A program made the translations under genes and the position numbers. From the NCBI GenBank assembly GCA_963771465.1, contig CAVYTU010000017.1, positions 704,001 through 768,000 of the forward strand: a stretch of DNA of 64,000 nucleotides, given 5' to 3'. Numbering within the stretch: the first letter of the stretch is position 1; every line of letters begins with the position of its first letter. Shown piece by piece: positions 18,767-27,523 of the stretch. The DNA comes from an uncultured delta proteobacterium (GTDB lineage: Bacteria > Desulfobacterota > Binatia > UBA9968). The notes under the pieces were generated by a model. That model worked only from the letters and a program-made list of their open reading frames with translations, was not told where the DNA came from and searched no databases.

Positions 18767-19258
18767 TCAGCCGGTCTGCGCCATTCTTTTCTTCGTGCCT
18801 CTGATCGAACTCAAAGCGTCCAGGGCAGTGATCCGGCCGATGGGGCCGGTGGCGAAACAGGCTTGAAGAACTTTTCGGTCCGGACCCAAGGTGAAATTGG
18901 TCGCGTGAATGATACCTCGCCGCTCTTCCCAGTACGCGCCGACTTTGTCGGCATCCTCCGGGACTTTGAGGCCGTAGCCGATCGGAAACTTAGCGCCGGT
19001 TTTGTCGATCATCTCTTTGGCTTTGTCGAGCGGGTCGACCGACAGCGCAACGACATCGGTGTTCTCGCTTTTGAATTCGTCTAAGTGCGCCTGGAATTCG
19101 GCGACCTGCCGAACGCAGTAGGGTCACCAGATGCCACGGTAAAAGATAATGACGGCATATTCGCCCTTGAGATCGGTCGGAATGCTTAGCGTTTGGCCAT
19201 CGGCGGTCGGCACTGTGAATTGCGGGAAAGCATCGCCCGGGTTGAGTTGCTTCGACAT
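18767..19258 (-). CDS. Peroxiredoxin-like (AhpC/TSA) selenoprotein, 163 aa, UxxC motif
   Basis: Hand translation from ATG 19258: MSKQLNPGDAFPQFTVPTADGQTLSIPTDLKGEYAVIIFYRGIW-U(TGA 19126-19124)-PYCVRQVAEFQAHLDEF..., in frame with track ORF 18767..19012. RBS-like GGAAGGA upstream. Confidence 0.88.
19097..19113 (-). promoter_or_regulatory. Bacterial SECIS-like hairpin
   Basis: On the minus strand UUCGGC-AGGUC-GCCGAA begins 10 nt after the in-frame UGA. Its apex resembles the GCAGGUC apex of the E. coli fdhF SECIS (recalled). Confidence 0.75.
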
Positions 19259-19321
19259 TTTAAGTAAGTCCTTCCGAAGTGATAAATGCCTAAAGTGTCC
19301 GGTTGGTTACCACTTCGCCTT

Positions 19322-20239
19322 TTAGCCGACCAAGTTTAGTAATTTGGCCGCGTTGCCGCCGAGAACTTTCTGTTTGTCTTCGTCGGAAATCTTCAATTGG
19401 TTCACCGTATCGACGGCGCGCACCAAGGTGATCGGCACCGGCGGCGTGTCGCTGCCGAAGACGACTTGATCGATGCCGATGGTATCGATGGCGCATTGCA
19501 CCGCGGGCGGATGATAGCAGACGGTGTCGAAAAAAAGTTGTTTCATGTAGCTTGCCGGTGGACGTGTCATTACGTCCGGCTCCCAGGGGCCGAAGTTGTC
19601 GTCTTTTCTTAGCTCATAGCCAAAGCCATAGCGGCCCGGCAGCATCGCCAACGCGCCGCCGACGTGGGCGCAGACCATTTTCAATTTTGGGAATTTCTCG
19701 AAGCCGCCGGTGAAGATAAATCTTGTCAGCGACAGCGTCGTGTCGAAGGGCCGGCCGATCATCTCCGGCAAGCGAAAAATCTCCATCTTCTCATTGCCGA
19801 TGGTGAACTTGGGCGGGTGTACGAATAAAGGCACGTTAAGATCGCTGACCATTTCAAAAAACGGCGTGGCCCGCGGCGAGTCGAGATATTCGCCATCCGT
19901 GCTTGAGTTGATCATGATGCCTTTGAGCTTGTAGTCGCGAATCGCTTTCTCGGTTTCTTTCAATATTGGCCCGCTATCGTAAGGCACGGAGCAGGCGAGA
20001 CCGAGCAAACGTTTGGGATGCTTTGCCGTCAGTTCGGCTGCGTGCTCGTTGAATTCCTGGACAACCTTCAACGGATCGTAGCCGTCGGGAGAGCGAATCC
20101 AGTTGTTGCCGAACACCGTGATGTCGACGCCGGACTTGTCCTGTTCGTCAAACAGATGCGGCAAATCGAACATCCACTTGGGCGACTTCGGGTGAAACCA
20201 ACTCTGCGGAACTATGTGGGCGTGACAGTCGATGATCAT
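19322..20239 (-). CDS. Amidohydrolase family 2 (ACMSD-like decarboxylase/hydratase)
   Basis: IIDCHAH, PLFVHP, FDTT, AHVGG, FGSD.P and GGNAAKL motifs. Confidence 0.9.
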   Translation of the reverse strand: MIIDCHAHIVPQSWFHPKSPKWMFDLPHLFDEQDKSGVDITVFGNNWIRSPDGYDPLKVVQEFNEHAAELTAKHPKRLLGLACSVPYDSGPILKETEKAIRDYKLKGIMINSSTDGEYLDSPRATPFFEMVSDLNVPLFVHPPKFTIGNEKMEIFRLPEMIGRPFDTTLSLTRFIFTGGFEKFPKLKMVCAHVGGALAMLPGRYGFGYELRKDDNFGPWEPDVMTRPPASYMKQLFFDTVCYHPPAVQCAIDTIGIDQVVFGSDTPPVPITLVRAVDTVNQLKISDEDKQKVLGGNAAKLLNLVG

Positions 20240-20339
20240 GAAAGCAGATTCCTTTCAGCAAAAACACATACGTGGTCCGGTGGGACGATGTCAAATATTG
20301 GGCGATTGCCTCGCTAATTTTTAGTTCGCGCTAGGACCG

Positions 20340-20765
20340 TTACGAATTCGTCGTGGCGCTTTCGATGGCACGCGCCGTGTCGAAGAACTCAAAGAACTCG
20401 CAGATCTTGCCGTCGCGAAATTTATGAAAGTCGGCCTTCGGCGTTTCGAGAGTTTTACCCGTCTTTTTGTGCTTGAACGATACCTGACAGAGTGCGACTA
20501 CGCGGTCGCCTTGGGCGATATATTCATCGACGCGGTAATAGATCATTTCCCACTCGCTCGTCAGGCCGGCGAAATATTGGACGACGTCATTTTTGCAACA
20601 AGATTCCCGGGTGAATTCCATTGCTTTGACGCCGGCGGCGAGGGAACGGAACTGCACGTCGTCGGTCATCAGGCTCAGCCAGTGCGCGACGCTGCCGGCC
20701 TTGGAGTCGTGCCATTGTTGATAAGCGCCTTTGAGGATGGCGACGTTTTGCGACTCGGTGCTCAT
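20340..20765 (-). CDS. SnoaL/NTF2-like protein
   Basis: 'YIAQGDRVV', 'KTGK..ETPK.D...FRDGKI.EF.E.FDT'. Confidence 0.85.
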   Translation of the reverse strand: MSTESQNVAILKGAYQQWHDSKAGSVAHWLSLMTDDVQFRSLAAGVKAMEFTRESCCKNDVVQYFAGLTSEWEMIYYRVDEYIAQGDRVVALCQVSFKHKKTGKTLETPKADFHKFRDGKICEFFEFFDTARAIESATTNS

Positions 20766-20792
20766 GGTTATCTCCGATCAGGCCGATGAAGT

Positions 20793-21335
20793 TTACTGAT
20801 TCATCGGGTTATCATTATCGCGCGGCACGATGGATTCCAAGGTGCGAAGCTTGCTTGTCGGCTTGCTATCACACGTGAGCTCGGTTTCTTTTGTATTGGC
20901 GCCGTGACGGCGCATGCGGACACCGGAGTCTCGACCGGGCGGTTTTATGTCGCCTTCGTAATAATCGAAGATGACGTAGCGATAACCTTCGTTGTCGAAG
21001 GTTACTTCGGTGCGGTCGACCCGAGCGCGCAAGTAGTGGGCGTAGCGAAACACGCGCTGCGTGTTGGCGCGGGCGCGGGGAAATTGCAGCTCGACAGCGC
21101 CGGGTTTGCCGAAGCGGTATTGCAGATAGCCGCGTCTGGCGTCGAGCGATTGGGCACCGCAGAGAGAGATTAATTTTGACGAGCCGGTGACCGCGCAGCT
21201 GAAGAATACTTGTTCCTCGACGCGGCAGAGCGAGGTCAAGGGATCGATTCGCAACGCTTGTGCGCCGCTTGCCGGCGAGGCGATAACATTGAACAATCCG
21301 CCGAGCCATACGACTGGAAACCAACTCCATCGCAT
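20793..21335 (-). CDS. Secreted hypothetical protein with 4 Cys
   Basis: Signal-like N-terminus; 'SLC..EE..FFSC....K.ISLC....LQYRFG.PG.VEL.FP'. Function not recognised. Confidence 0.7.
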   Translation of the reverse strand: MRWSWFPVVWLGGLFNVIASPASGAQALRIDPLTSLCRVEEQVFFSCAVTGSSKLISLCGAQSLDARRGYLQYRFGKPGAVELQFPRARANTQRVFRYAHYLRARVDRTEVTFDNEGYRYVIFDYYEGDIKPPGRDSGVRMRRHGANTKETELTCDSKPTSKLRTLESIVPRDNDNPMNQ

Positions 21336-21397
21336 GGCTTACTCGGTCAACCACCTATGAATAAAATCTGTCATGATGGGATCACGATTTTAGCCGA

Positions 21398-21898
21398 CTA
21401 TGTCGAGGTCGAAGATTTTCCAGGACGAAAATTGTCCAGTAGCATAAAGAGCGCGCCGAAGGTGATCGCCATATCGGCGAGATTGAAAATGCCGGTGCGC
21501 AACGGGCCGATGCCAACATTTAAAAAATCGATGACTCGGCCATCGTACGCGATGCGATCGATCAAGTTGCTCACGCCGCCGGCGGCGACCAGGGATAAGC
21601 AGTTGACGGCGAACGGAGACAGCTCGCGACTCAGAAGCACAAACGCAATTAGTCCGACAAGGAAAACACCGACCAGTACCGTAAATATCAGCTGGCGCAG
21701 CGGTTCAGGGAGCGATGCTCCGAGGCTTAAAAACGCACCGGTATTTTCCGCATATATTATACGAACGGTGTCGCCGGCATAAGAATATGCCGGGCCATGC
21801 TGCAAGTGTCGTTTGGCGGCGAGCTTGGTCGCTTGGTCGCAGCCGACACAGGTGAGAGTAATGAGAAAGACGACTATCGCTCGCGGCAGCTTGGTCAT
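21398..21898 (-). CDS. lspA: Lipoprotein signal peptidase II
   Basis: 'DQATK', 'ENTGAFLSLG', 'GG.SNLIDR', 'VIDFL', 'FNLAD'. Start placed at MTKLPRA. Confidence 0.9.
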   Translation of the reverse strand: MTKLPRAIVVFLITLTCVGCDQATKLAAKRHLQHGPAYSYAGDTVRIIYAENTGAFLSLGASLPEPLRQLIFTVLVGVFLVGLIAFVLLSRELSPFAVNCLSLVAAGGVSNLIDRIAYDGRVIDFLNVGIGPLRTGIFNLADMAITFGALFMLLDNFRPGKSSTST

Positions 21899-22221
21899 GC
21901 TGCACCTTTGGTAACGAATCTCACTTCGCGTTACAACCGGCGCGATGGCGCGCTCGAAGGAACAACTGGCGCGCCTAATTGCCCGCGTGCTAAACGATAA
22001 GCTAGAATTTACCTTCGGCGAAATATTTTCTCTGAATTCATGGCACGAAGTGGGGAAGGAATCGCAGCGCTTTCGTATGCGGTAAATACAAATGGGCTCG
22101 CCTCTCGGCAAGCCCATTTGTGCATTGAACTTACGGCGTTGGTGAGTTTGCCTGCACTCAGACTAACAGCGCGCGGACTGGTCGACATCAAGGAGCGAAC
22201 GATTGTCTCGTCGTTTGCCGA

Positions 22222-22632
22222 TTAAGAAGCTACGCCTTCTTTTTTTACGACGTCTTGACGGATCGGCAACACTCGGGCTTCGTTTTTCCTCATTGAGATA
22301 TGGCCTTCGAGGATTGCGCCGTCGCCGATTACCAGGCTAAGGGTGGTCACGTCGCCAACCACGGATCCTGGCGGTTGAATTTCCAATTTCTTTTCAGCGA
22401 CGACATCGGCCATCACTTTGCCTTGCACGAGAATCGACTGGGCCGATACTTTGCCCTTTACGGTCGCTTGCTGTCCCACCGTCACATGGGACTGCGAAAC
22501 GATCTCGCCGTCGACTTCACCGTCGATGGTCGCTTGGCCCTCGAAATGGAGTTTGCCATTAATTTTCGTGCCGGCACCAAGATACGCGCCCACATCCGCC
22601 GGCACACCGCTGGGTCTATTCGATTCTGCCAT
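22222..22632 (-). CDS. Bactofilin (polymer-forming cytoskeletal protein)
   Basis: 'LG.GT.I.G.L.F.G...IDG.V.G.I', 'V.GDV....L.I..GA.LEG...M'. Confidence 0.9.
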   Translation of the reverse strand: MAESNRPSGVPADVGAYLGAGTKINGKLHFEGQATIDGEVDGEIVSQSHVTVGQQATVKGKVSAQSILVQGKVMADVVAEKKLEIQPPGSVVGDVTTLSLVIGDGAILEGHISMRKNEARVLPIRQDVVKKEGVAS

Positions 22633-22854
22633 AGCTGCCCCCCTTTTGAATTAGCTTATAAATATAAATCACTCTGAGTTTTTTGTCTACGTTTTTGGCG
22701 ATCAGCGGCGAAATCATCCGCTTGAGCCGCCTACTGCCGTTTTCTTTTGCCTTCGCGTCGCGGCTTCTGATATAAGTTATTCATCGTAGAGAACGATTGC
22801 CGCCACTTCCACAAGCCTCGGTTCGTTTACTTGGCCAGTACAGGAGACGTTTGT

Positions 22855-24327
22855 ATGCATAGCGACGATCTGCGGGATTACCTCGACATTCTGGAAGAAT
22901 ATCACGAGGTGCAACGCATCAAGGCCGAGGTCGATTGGAACCTTGAGATGGGGGCGATTACCCGGCGGGTTTACGACCTGGGCGCTCCAGCGGCGCTGTT
23001 TGAGAACGTCAAAGGCTATCCAGAAGGTTTTCGCGCTCTGGGCGCGCCGCTGGGCGCGAGCAAATATCCGGGCCACGCACAGTTCGCGCGCACCGCGCTG
23101 GCGATGAACATGGCGCCGACCTCGACGGCTAAAGAAATAATGTCGACTTATCTGGAGCGCAAAGAGAAATTAATTCCACCGGTTCGAGTGAAGACGGGTC
23201 CCTGCAAGGAAAACATCGACATCGGCGATGCGGTGGACGTGCTCAAGTTTCCCATTCCCTTAATCCATGGCGGCGACGGTGGACGGTACATCGGGACATG
23301 GCACACCGTGATCACTAAGGATCCGGAAAGTTCGTGGGTGAATTGGGGTATGTACCGTCTGATGGTGCACGACCGCAACACCCTTGGCTGTCTGTTTCCG
23401 ATGCAGCAACACATCGGTCAGATGTATCAAAAGTATGAAGCGATGAATAAGCCGATGCCCGTGGCGGTTGCCATCGGCGGCCAGCCGGTGATTCCGCTGG
23501 TCAGTTGCGTGATGTTGCCGCCCTACGTCAATGAAGTTGACGTTGCAGGTGCGTTGCAAGGATCGCCGATTCCATTGGTAAAGTGTGAAACAGTGGATCT
23601 GGAAGTGCCGGCGTCGGCTGAAATCATCATCGAAGGCGAAGTGCTGCCGCATGAGCGCAAAACCGAAGGGCCCTTTGGCGAGTACATGGGCTACGAGGCC
23701 GGCAAGTCGTCGCCCAAACCGATTCTAAAAATCACAGCGATCACGTATCGCAACAATCCGATCTTGCCCTTTTCCAACATGGGCATGCCGGTGCACGAAG
23801 GGCAGACGGCGACGGCGTTGATCAAGGGCGCGGAAATCTACTCCGAACTAAAAAAGCTCGGCTTGCCTGTCCATGCGGTTTACTGCCCGCCGTTTGGCGT
23901 TGGCCATATGTGCGTGGTGTCGACCGAGGTGCCATTTATCAATTTCGCGCGACGGGTGGCGCATTCTGTCTGGGCTACCAAACCGGGGTTATTTGTCTAT
24001 TACATGGTGATCGTCGAACCGGATGTCGATCCGACCAACATGGATGAAGTGCTGCACGCGATCACAACCAAGTGTCATCCGGTGAATGGCATCCATCACG
24101 TCCCGCATATTCCCGGCTTCCCCGTGCTCTTGCCGTTCTTGGCGCCGAAAGAACGACTGATCGGCGACGCCGCAGGCGTGATCTTCGATTGCACTTGGCC
24201 GAAGGATTGGCCGAAAGAGAGCATTCCGGAAAAAGCCACATTCGAAAATCTTTGGCCCAAGGAGTTGCAGGAACAGGTGCTAAAGAACTGGCAGAATTAT
24301 GGTTTCAATTCCCCGGTTGGCAAGTGA
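22855..24327 (+). CDS. UbiD-family prFMN-dependent (de)carboxylase
   Basis: 'DLRDYL', 'LFENVKGYP', 'HGGDGGRYIGT', 'NWGMYR.MVHD', 'EGPFGEYMGY'; AGGAG RBS. Confidence 0.92.
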   Translation: MHSDDLRDYLDILEEYHEVQRIKAEVDWNLEMGAITRRVYDLGAPAALFENVKGYPEGFRALGAPLGASKYPGHAQFARTALAMNMAPTSTAKEIMSTYLERKEKLIPPVRVKTGPCKENIDIGDAVDVLKFPIPLIHGGDGGRYIGTWHTVITKDPESSWVNWGMYRLMVHDRNTLGCLFPMQQHIGQMYQKYEAMNKPMPVAVAIGGQPVIPLVSCVMLPPYVNEVDVAGALQGSPIPLVKCETVDLEVPASAEIIIEGEVLPHERKTEGPFGEYMGYEAGKSSPKPILKITAITYRNNPILPFSNMGMPVHEGQTATALIKGAEIYSELKKLGLPVHAVYCPPFGVGHMCVVSTEVPFINFARRVAHSVWATKPGLFVYYMVIVEPDVDPTNMDEVLHAITTKCHPVNGIHHVPHIPGFPVLLPFLAPKERLIGDAAGVIFDCTWPKDWPKESIPEKATFENLWPKELQEQVLKNWQNYGFNSPVGK

Positions 24328-24483
24328 AACTGCGAGTGGTCTAGGTAGGGTCGATGCCGGGAGGCAAATCCACGCTGGGAAAAACAATCGTTCAAATAGT
24401 CAGTCAAATTGCAGAGGATATCCTTTGGATTTGGCGAATTGGGGACATGCTCTTTATTGATCGAGAGTTAAACCGGCAAATCC

Positions 24484-24687
24484 TTAGCCAGCCTTTGGCG
24501 TGGTTTGCTCTTCCTCTTCGACCCATTCTTGGAAGCGGCTTTCCAAAATACGCCATTGCCCGCCGACTTTGAATGCAGGGATCTGACGATGTTGGATCAT
24601 GCGGTGGAGCGTTCGTTTAGAAATTTTCAAAATGCTCGCCGCCTCGGCCAAGGTTAGAAGTCTAATCGTGCTATCGGGTTTCTTCAT
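24484..24687 (-). CDS. Excisionase/BldC-like small HTH DNA-binding protein
   Basis: 'LLTL.EAA.ILKIS.RTL.R.I....IPAFKVGGQWRI'. Confidence 0.9.
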   Translation of the reverse strand: MKKPDSTIRLLTLAEAASILKISKRTLHRMIQHRQIPAFKVGGQWRILESRFQEWVEEEEQTTPKAG

Positions 24688-24719
24688 AATTCAGGTGCTC
24701 CTAAAGCGATCGGAAAATC

Positions 24720-24736
24720 AGCAAGCGCTATGCCAG
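24720..24736 (-). promoter_or_regulatory. Sigma54-type (-24/-12) promoter for the HTH gene
   Basis: Minus strand CTGGCATAGCGCTTGCT fits TGGCAC-N5-TTGCW with one mismatch, about 33 nt upstream of the ATG. Confidence 0.7.
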
Positions 24737-24798
24737 AGCGCGGCCAAGACCCATATTCTGAATCGAGCGCAATTCAGATGAAATCAACCCCAAGATGG

Positions 24799-24824
24799 GA
24801 GGTAGCTAGAGGTAGCTATAGGTC
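24799..24824. repeat. 10-bp-period direct repeat
   Basis: GAGGTAGCTA-GAGGTAGCTA-TAGGTC. Confidence 0.6.
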
Positions 24825-24994
24825 AAGAATCGACAGCGCCTTACTCAACTGGACAAAAATCTGGTCCGAAACTGTATTGATGCGGTTAACAGGCGGCTAG
24901 ATGCAGGACAACAGACAATCCGCTATATGCCATGGCGAGCCCTAACCCTGCATCAATGAAGCAGAAGAAAGCTCGATGATTCAATTATTTGGAA

Positions 24995-25080
24995 TGGTGC
25001 GAGGAGCGGGACTCGAACCCGCACGCCCTTTCGGGCACTAGCCCCTCAAACTAGCGCGTCTGCCATTCCGCCACCCTCGC
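24995..25080 (-). tRNA. tRNA-Leu (anticodon GAG)
   Basis: Minus strand GCGAGGGTGGCGGAATGGCAGACGCG-CTAGT-TTGAGGG-GCTAG-TGCCCGAAAGGGCGT-GCGGGTTCGAGTCCCGC-TCCTCGCACCA. Long variable arm, encoded CCA, canonical position after secG. Confidence 0.97.
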
Positions 25081-25091
25081 AATTGAACGTA

Positions 25092-25478
25092 TTAAGGTTT
25101 GGTTGGCTGGGTTTGTTCCGTTTTTGCCCCGGGCTCGGTTTGCGGCGAACCGGCCGTGGGTCCGCTCGGCTGGGGCGCCGGCATGGATTGTGGCGCAGGT
25201 GCCTTCTGTTCCGTCACCGGAGCGCGGTTATCAAAAATAGTCGCCGTCGGTTTCTTGCCGGCAAAGTATCCAAGTGTCAACGATGTCATCATGAAGACGA
25301 TCGCCATACCTGTGGTTAAACGGGTCAAAAAATTACCCGCGCCGCTGCTGCCGAAAATAGTCGAGCTGGACCCGCCGAAAACTGCGCCAACTTCGGCGCC
25401 CTTGCCGGTTTGTAGTAGTACCACCAAGATCAGTCCAACGCTGACGATCACATGAATTATAGTTATCGCGATAATCAT
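25092..25478 (-). CDS. secG: Preprotein translocase subunit SecG
   Basis: 'VLLQ.GKGA..GA.FGG.S...FG..GA.NFL.R.T'; located after tpiA. Confidence 0.95.
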   Translation of the reverse strand: MIIAITIIHVIVSVGLILVVLLQTGKGAEVGAVFGGSSSTIFGSSGAGNFLTRLTTGMAIVFMMTSLTLGYFAGKKPTATIFDNRAPVTEQKAPAPQSMPAPQPSGPTAGSPQTEPGAKTEQTQPTKP

Positions 25479-25484
25479 AGTCTT

Positions 25485-26249
25485 TCAGCTTTCATTAAAA
25501 GCATGCGCGATCGCTAAAAACGATTCAGCCTGTAAACTCGCTCCGCCAACTAGGAAGCCGTTGACTTCGTCGAGCTGCGCTAGGTCTACGGCATTTTCCG
25601 GTTTCACGCTACCACCGTAAAGCAGCCGTACTGCGCTCCCGGATGAAACACCGAAGCCGCTTTGCAGGTGAATGCGAATACGATTGTGAACTTCTCTCAC
25701 TTGCTCCGGATTGGCGTTGAGCCCCGTCCCGATAGCCCAGACTGGTTCGTAGGCAATTGCGAGATTTTCTATAACACCTTTCGCTAGACCCTTCAACGCG
25801 CTGTCGAGCTGAGTCGTGACGATATCGATCGTTTCACCGGCTTGGCGTTGATCCAGCGTCTCGCCGATGCAAAGGATCGCGCGCATGTTGTGGGCCGTTA
25901 CCGCGAGCAATTTTTTACTGATCATGTCGTCAGTCTCGTGAAAAAATTGTCGGCGCTCGGAATGGCCGAGGATAACAAAGTGGCAACCGATTTCGCTGAG
26001 CATGGGCACGCTGATTTCCCCGGTAAAGGCACCGTTGGGATCCCAGTGGCAGTTTTGTGCCGCCAACTTCAGCGGGCTGTTGCGCACTTCATCGCCGACT
26101 GCTGCGAGTGCCGTAAACGGCGGCGCAATCGCAATCTCGGCATTGGCTGGTTTGGTTTTGAGGTGGCTGACAAGACTCTTAGCGAGAACGGCGCTCTCGG
26201 CTAGTTTGCCGTTCATTTTCCAGTTGCCGACGACCAAGGGAGCGGTCAT
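25485..26249 (-). CDS. tpiA: Triosephosphate isomerase
   Basis: GNWKMN, GHSERR, AYEPVWAIGTG, LYGGSVKP and LVGGASL motifs. Confidence 0.97.
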   Translation of the reverse strand: MTAPLVVGNWKMNGKLAESAVLAKSLVSHLKTKPANAEIAIAPPFTALAAVGDEVRNSPLKLAAQNCHWDPNGAFTGEISVPMLSEIGCHFVILGHSERRQFFHETDDMISKKLLAVTAHNMRAILCIGETLDQRQAGETIDIVTTQLDSALKGLAKGVIENLAIAYEPVWAIGTGLNANPEQVREVHNRIRIHLQSGFGVSSGSAVRLLYGGSVKPENAVDLAQLDEVNGFLVGGASLQAESFLAIAHAFNES

Positions 26250-27424
26250 AAATTCTCCTCCAGCGCCTTGATGCCGGGAAGCTCTCTGCCTTCGAGAAAC
26301 TCGAGTGTCGCGCCGCCGCCGGTGGAGAGATGGGTGATTTTATCCTCCACACCCGAGGCCGTGACCGCAGCAACCGTGTCGCCGCCGGCAATGACACTGA
26401 CGACCCGCGGATAGTTTTCGGCGAGCGTATTAGCGAGCAGGCGGCTGCCCTGATCGAATGGCGCGACTTCAAACAAACCGACGGGGCCGTTCCAGAGCAC
26501 CAATTTCACCTTACGAATTTCAGCAGCGAACTGCGCCGCCGTTTTCGGGCCGATATCGAGACCGATTCGGTCGGGAGGAATCGACCCTTCACTAGCAGCG
26601 GGATTTTTTTTCTCGATGTCTCCGGTTGTATGGTCGATGGGCAAGATGAGACCTACGTTATGTGCCGCCGCTTCGTTCATCAATTCCGTCGCCAGTTCGA
26701 GTTTATCTAGCTCGACTAACGATTTGCCGATTTCAATTCCCTTGGCCTTAAGAAACGTGTAGGCCATGCCACCGCCGATCAGGAGTGTGCTCACTTTGGG
26801 CAATAGGTTTCTAATCACACCGATCTTGTCGGACACTTTAGCGCCACCTAAAATCGTTATAAAAGGTTTTTCCGGGTTAGCGAGGATCGGCGACAAGTAA
26901 TCCAACTCTTTTTGCAGCAAAAGCCCAGAGCCTTTGATCTTGAAAAATTCTGCCATGCCTGAGATCGAAGCGTGGGCGCGATGCGCCGCGCCGAAGGCGT
27001 CATTGATGTAGACATCGGCCAGTTTAGCCAGTGCTTGGGCAAAGCCGCGATCGTTCTTTTCTTCTTCGATGTGAAAGCGCAGGTTCTCGAGCAAAATAAT
27101 TTGGTGCGCCGGATCGTTAATGATTCGCTCCACCTCGCCGCCGATGCAATCCGGCGCCAAAACGACCAGTCGATTGAGCGCGCGCGCCAAGTAGTCGGCC
27201 ACCGGAGCGAGGCTATATTTCGCTTGAACCTTGCCGTCGGGACGGCCGAGGTGGGAAGCGATCAACAATTTATTCGCGCGTTGTAGGATATCCCGGATCG
27301 TCGGCAGCGCGCTGTCGATGCGATGCGGCTCGGTGATCTTGCCCTGGTCGATCGGCACGTTGAAGTCGACGCGCAGGAAAACAGTTTTGTTACGCAGGTC
27401 CAATTCAGCGAGTTTTTTAATCAT
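26246..27424 (-). CDS. pgk: Phosphoglycerate kinase
   Basis: RVDFNVP, SHLGRP, LLENLRF, NDAFG.AHRAHAS, GGAKVSDK and STGGGA.LEFLEG motifs. Confidence 0.97.
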   Translation of the reverse strand: MIKKLAELDLRNKTVFLRVDFNVPIDQGKITEPHRIDSALPTIRDILQRANKLLIASHLGRPDGKVQAKYSLAPVADYLARALNRLVVLAPDCIGGEVERIINDPAHQIILLENLRFHIEEEKNDRGFAQALAKLADVYINDAFGAAHRAHASISGMAEFFKIKGSGLLLQKELDYLSPILANPEKPFITILGGAKVSDKIGVIRNLLPKVSTLLIGGGMAYTFLKAKGIEIGKSLVELDKLELATELMNEAAAHNVGLILPIDHTTGDIEKKNPAASEGSIPPDRIGLDIGPKTAAQFAAEIRKVKLVLWNGPVGLFEVAPFDQGSRLLANTLAENYPRVVSVIAGGDTVAAVTASGVEDKITHLSTGGGATLEFLEGRELPGIKALEENL

Positions 27425-27523
27425 AAGAATTTCCGACTCCGCTGTGGTCGACAAAATGGATTTCTTAATTGACTAATTACAAGGCTTGTAATATTTTTTC
27501 AATTAGCCACATTGTAATCATCA

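Noticed and set aside
21899-22117. 73-aa N-terminal extension of lspA in the ORF track
   Set aside because: Not LspA-like; family similarity begins at MTKLPRA.
24330-25080. Prophage or integrative element at tRNA-Leu
   Set aside because: Only an HTH gene is present; no integrase or duplicated att core was found in the window.
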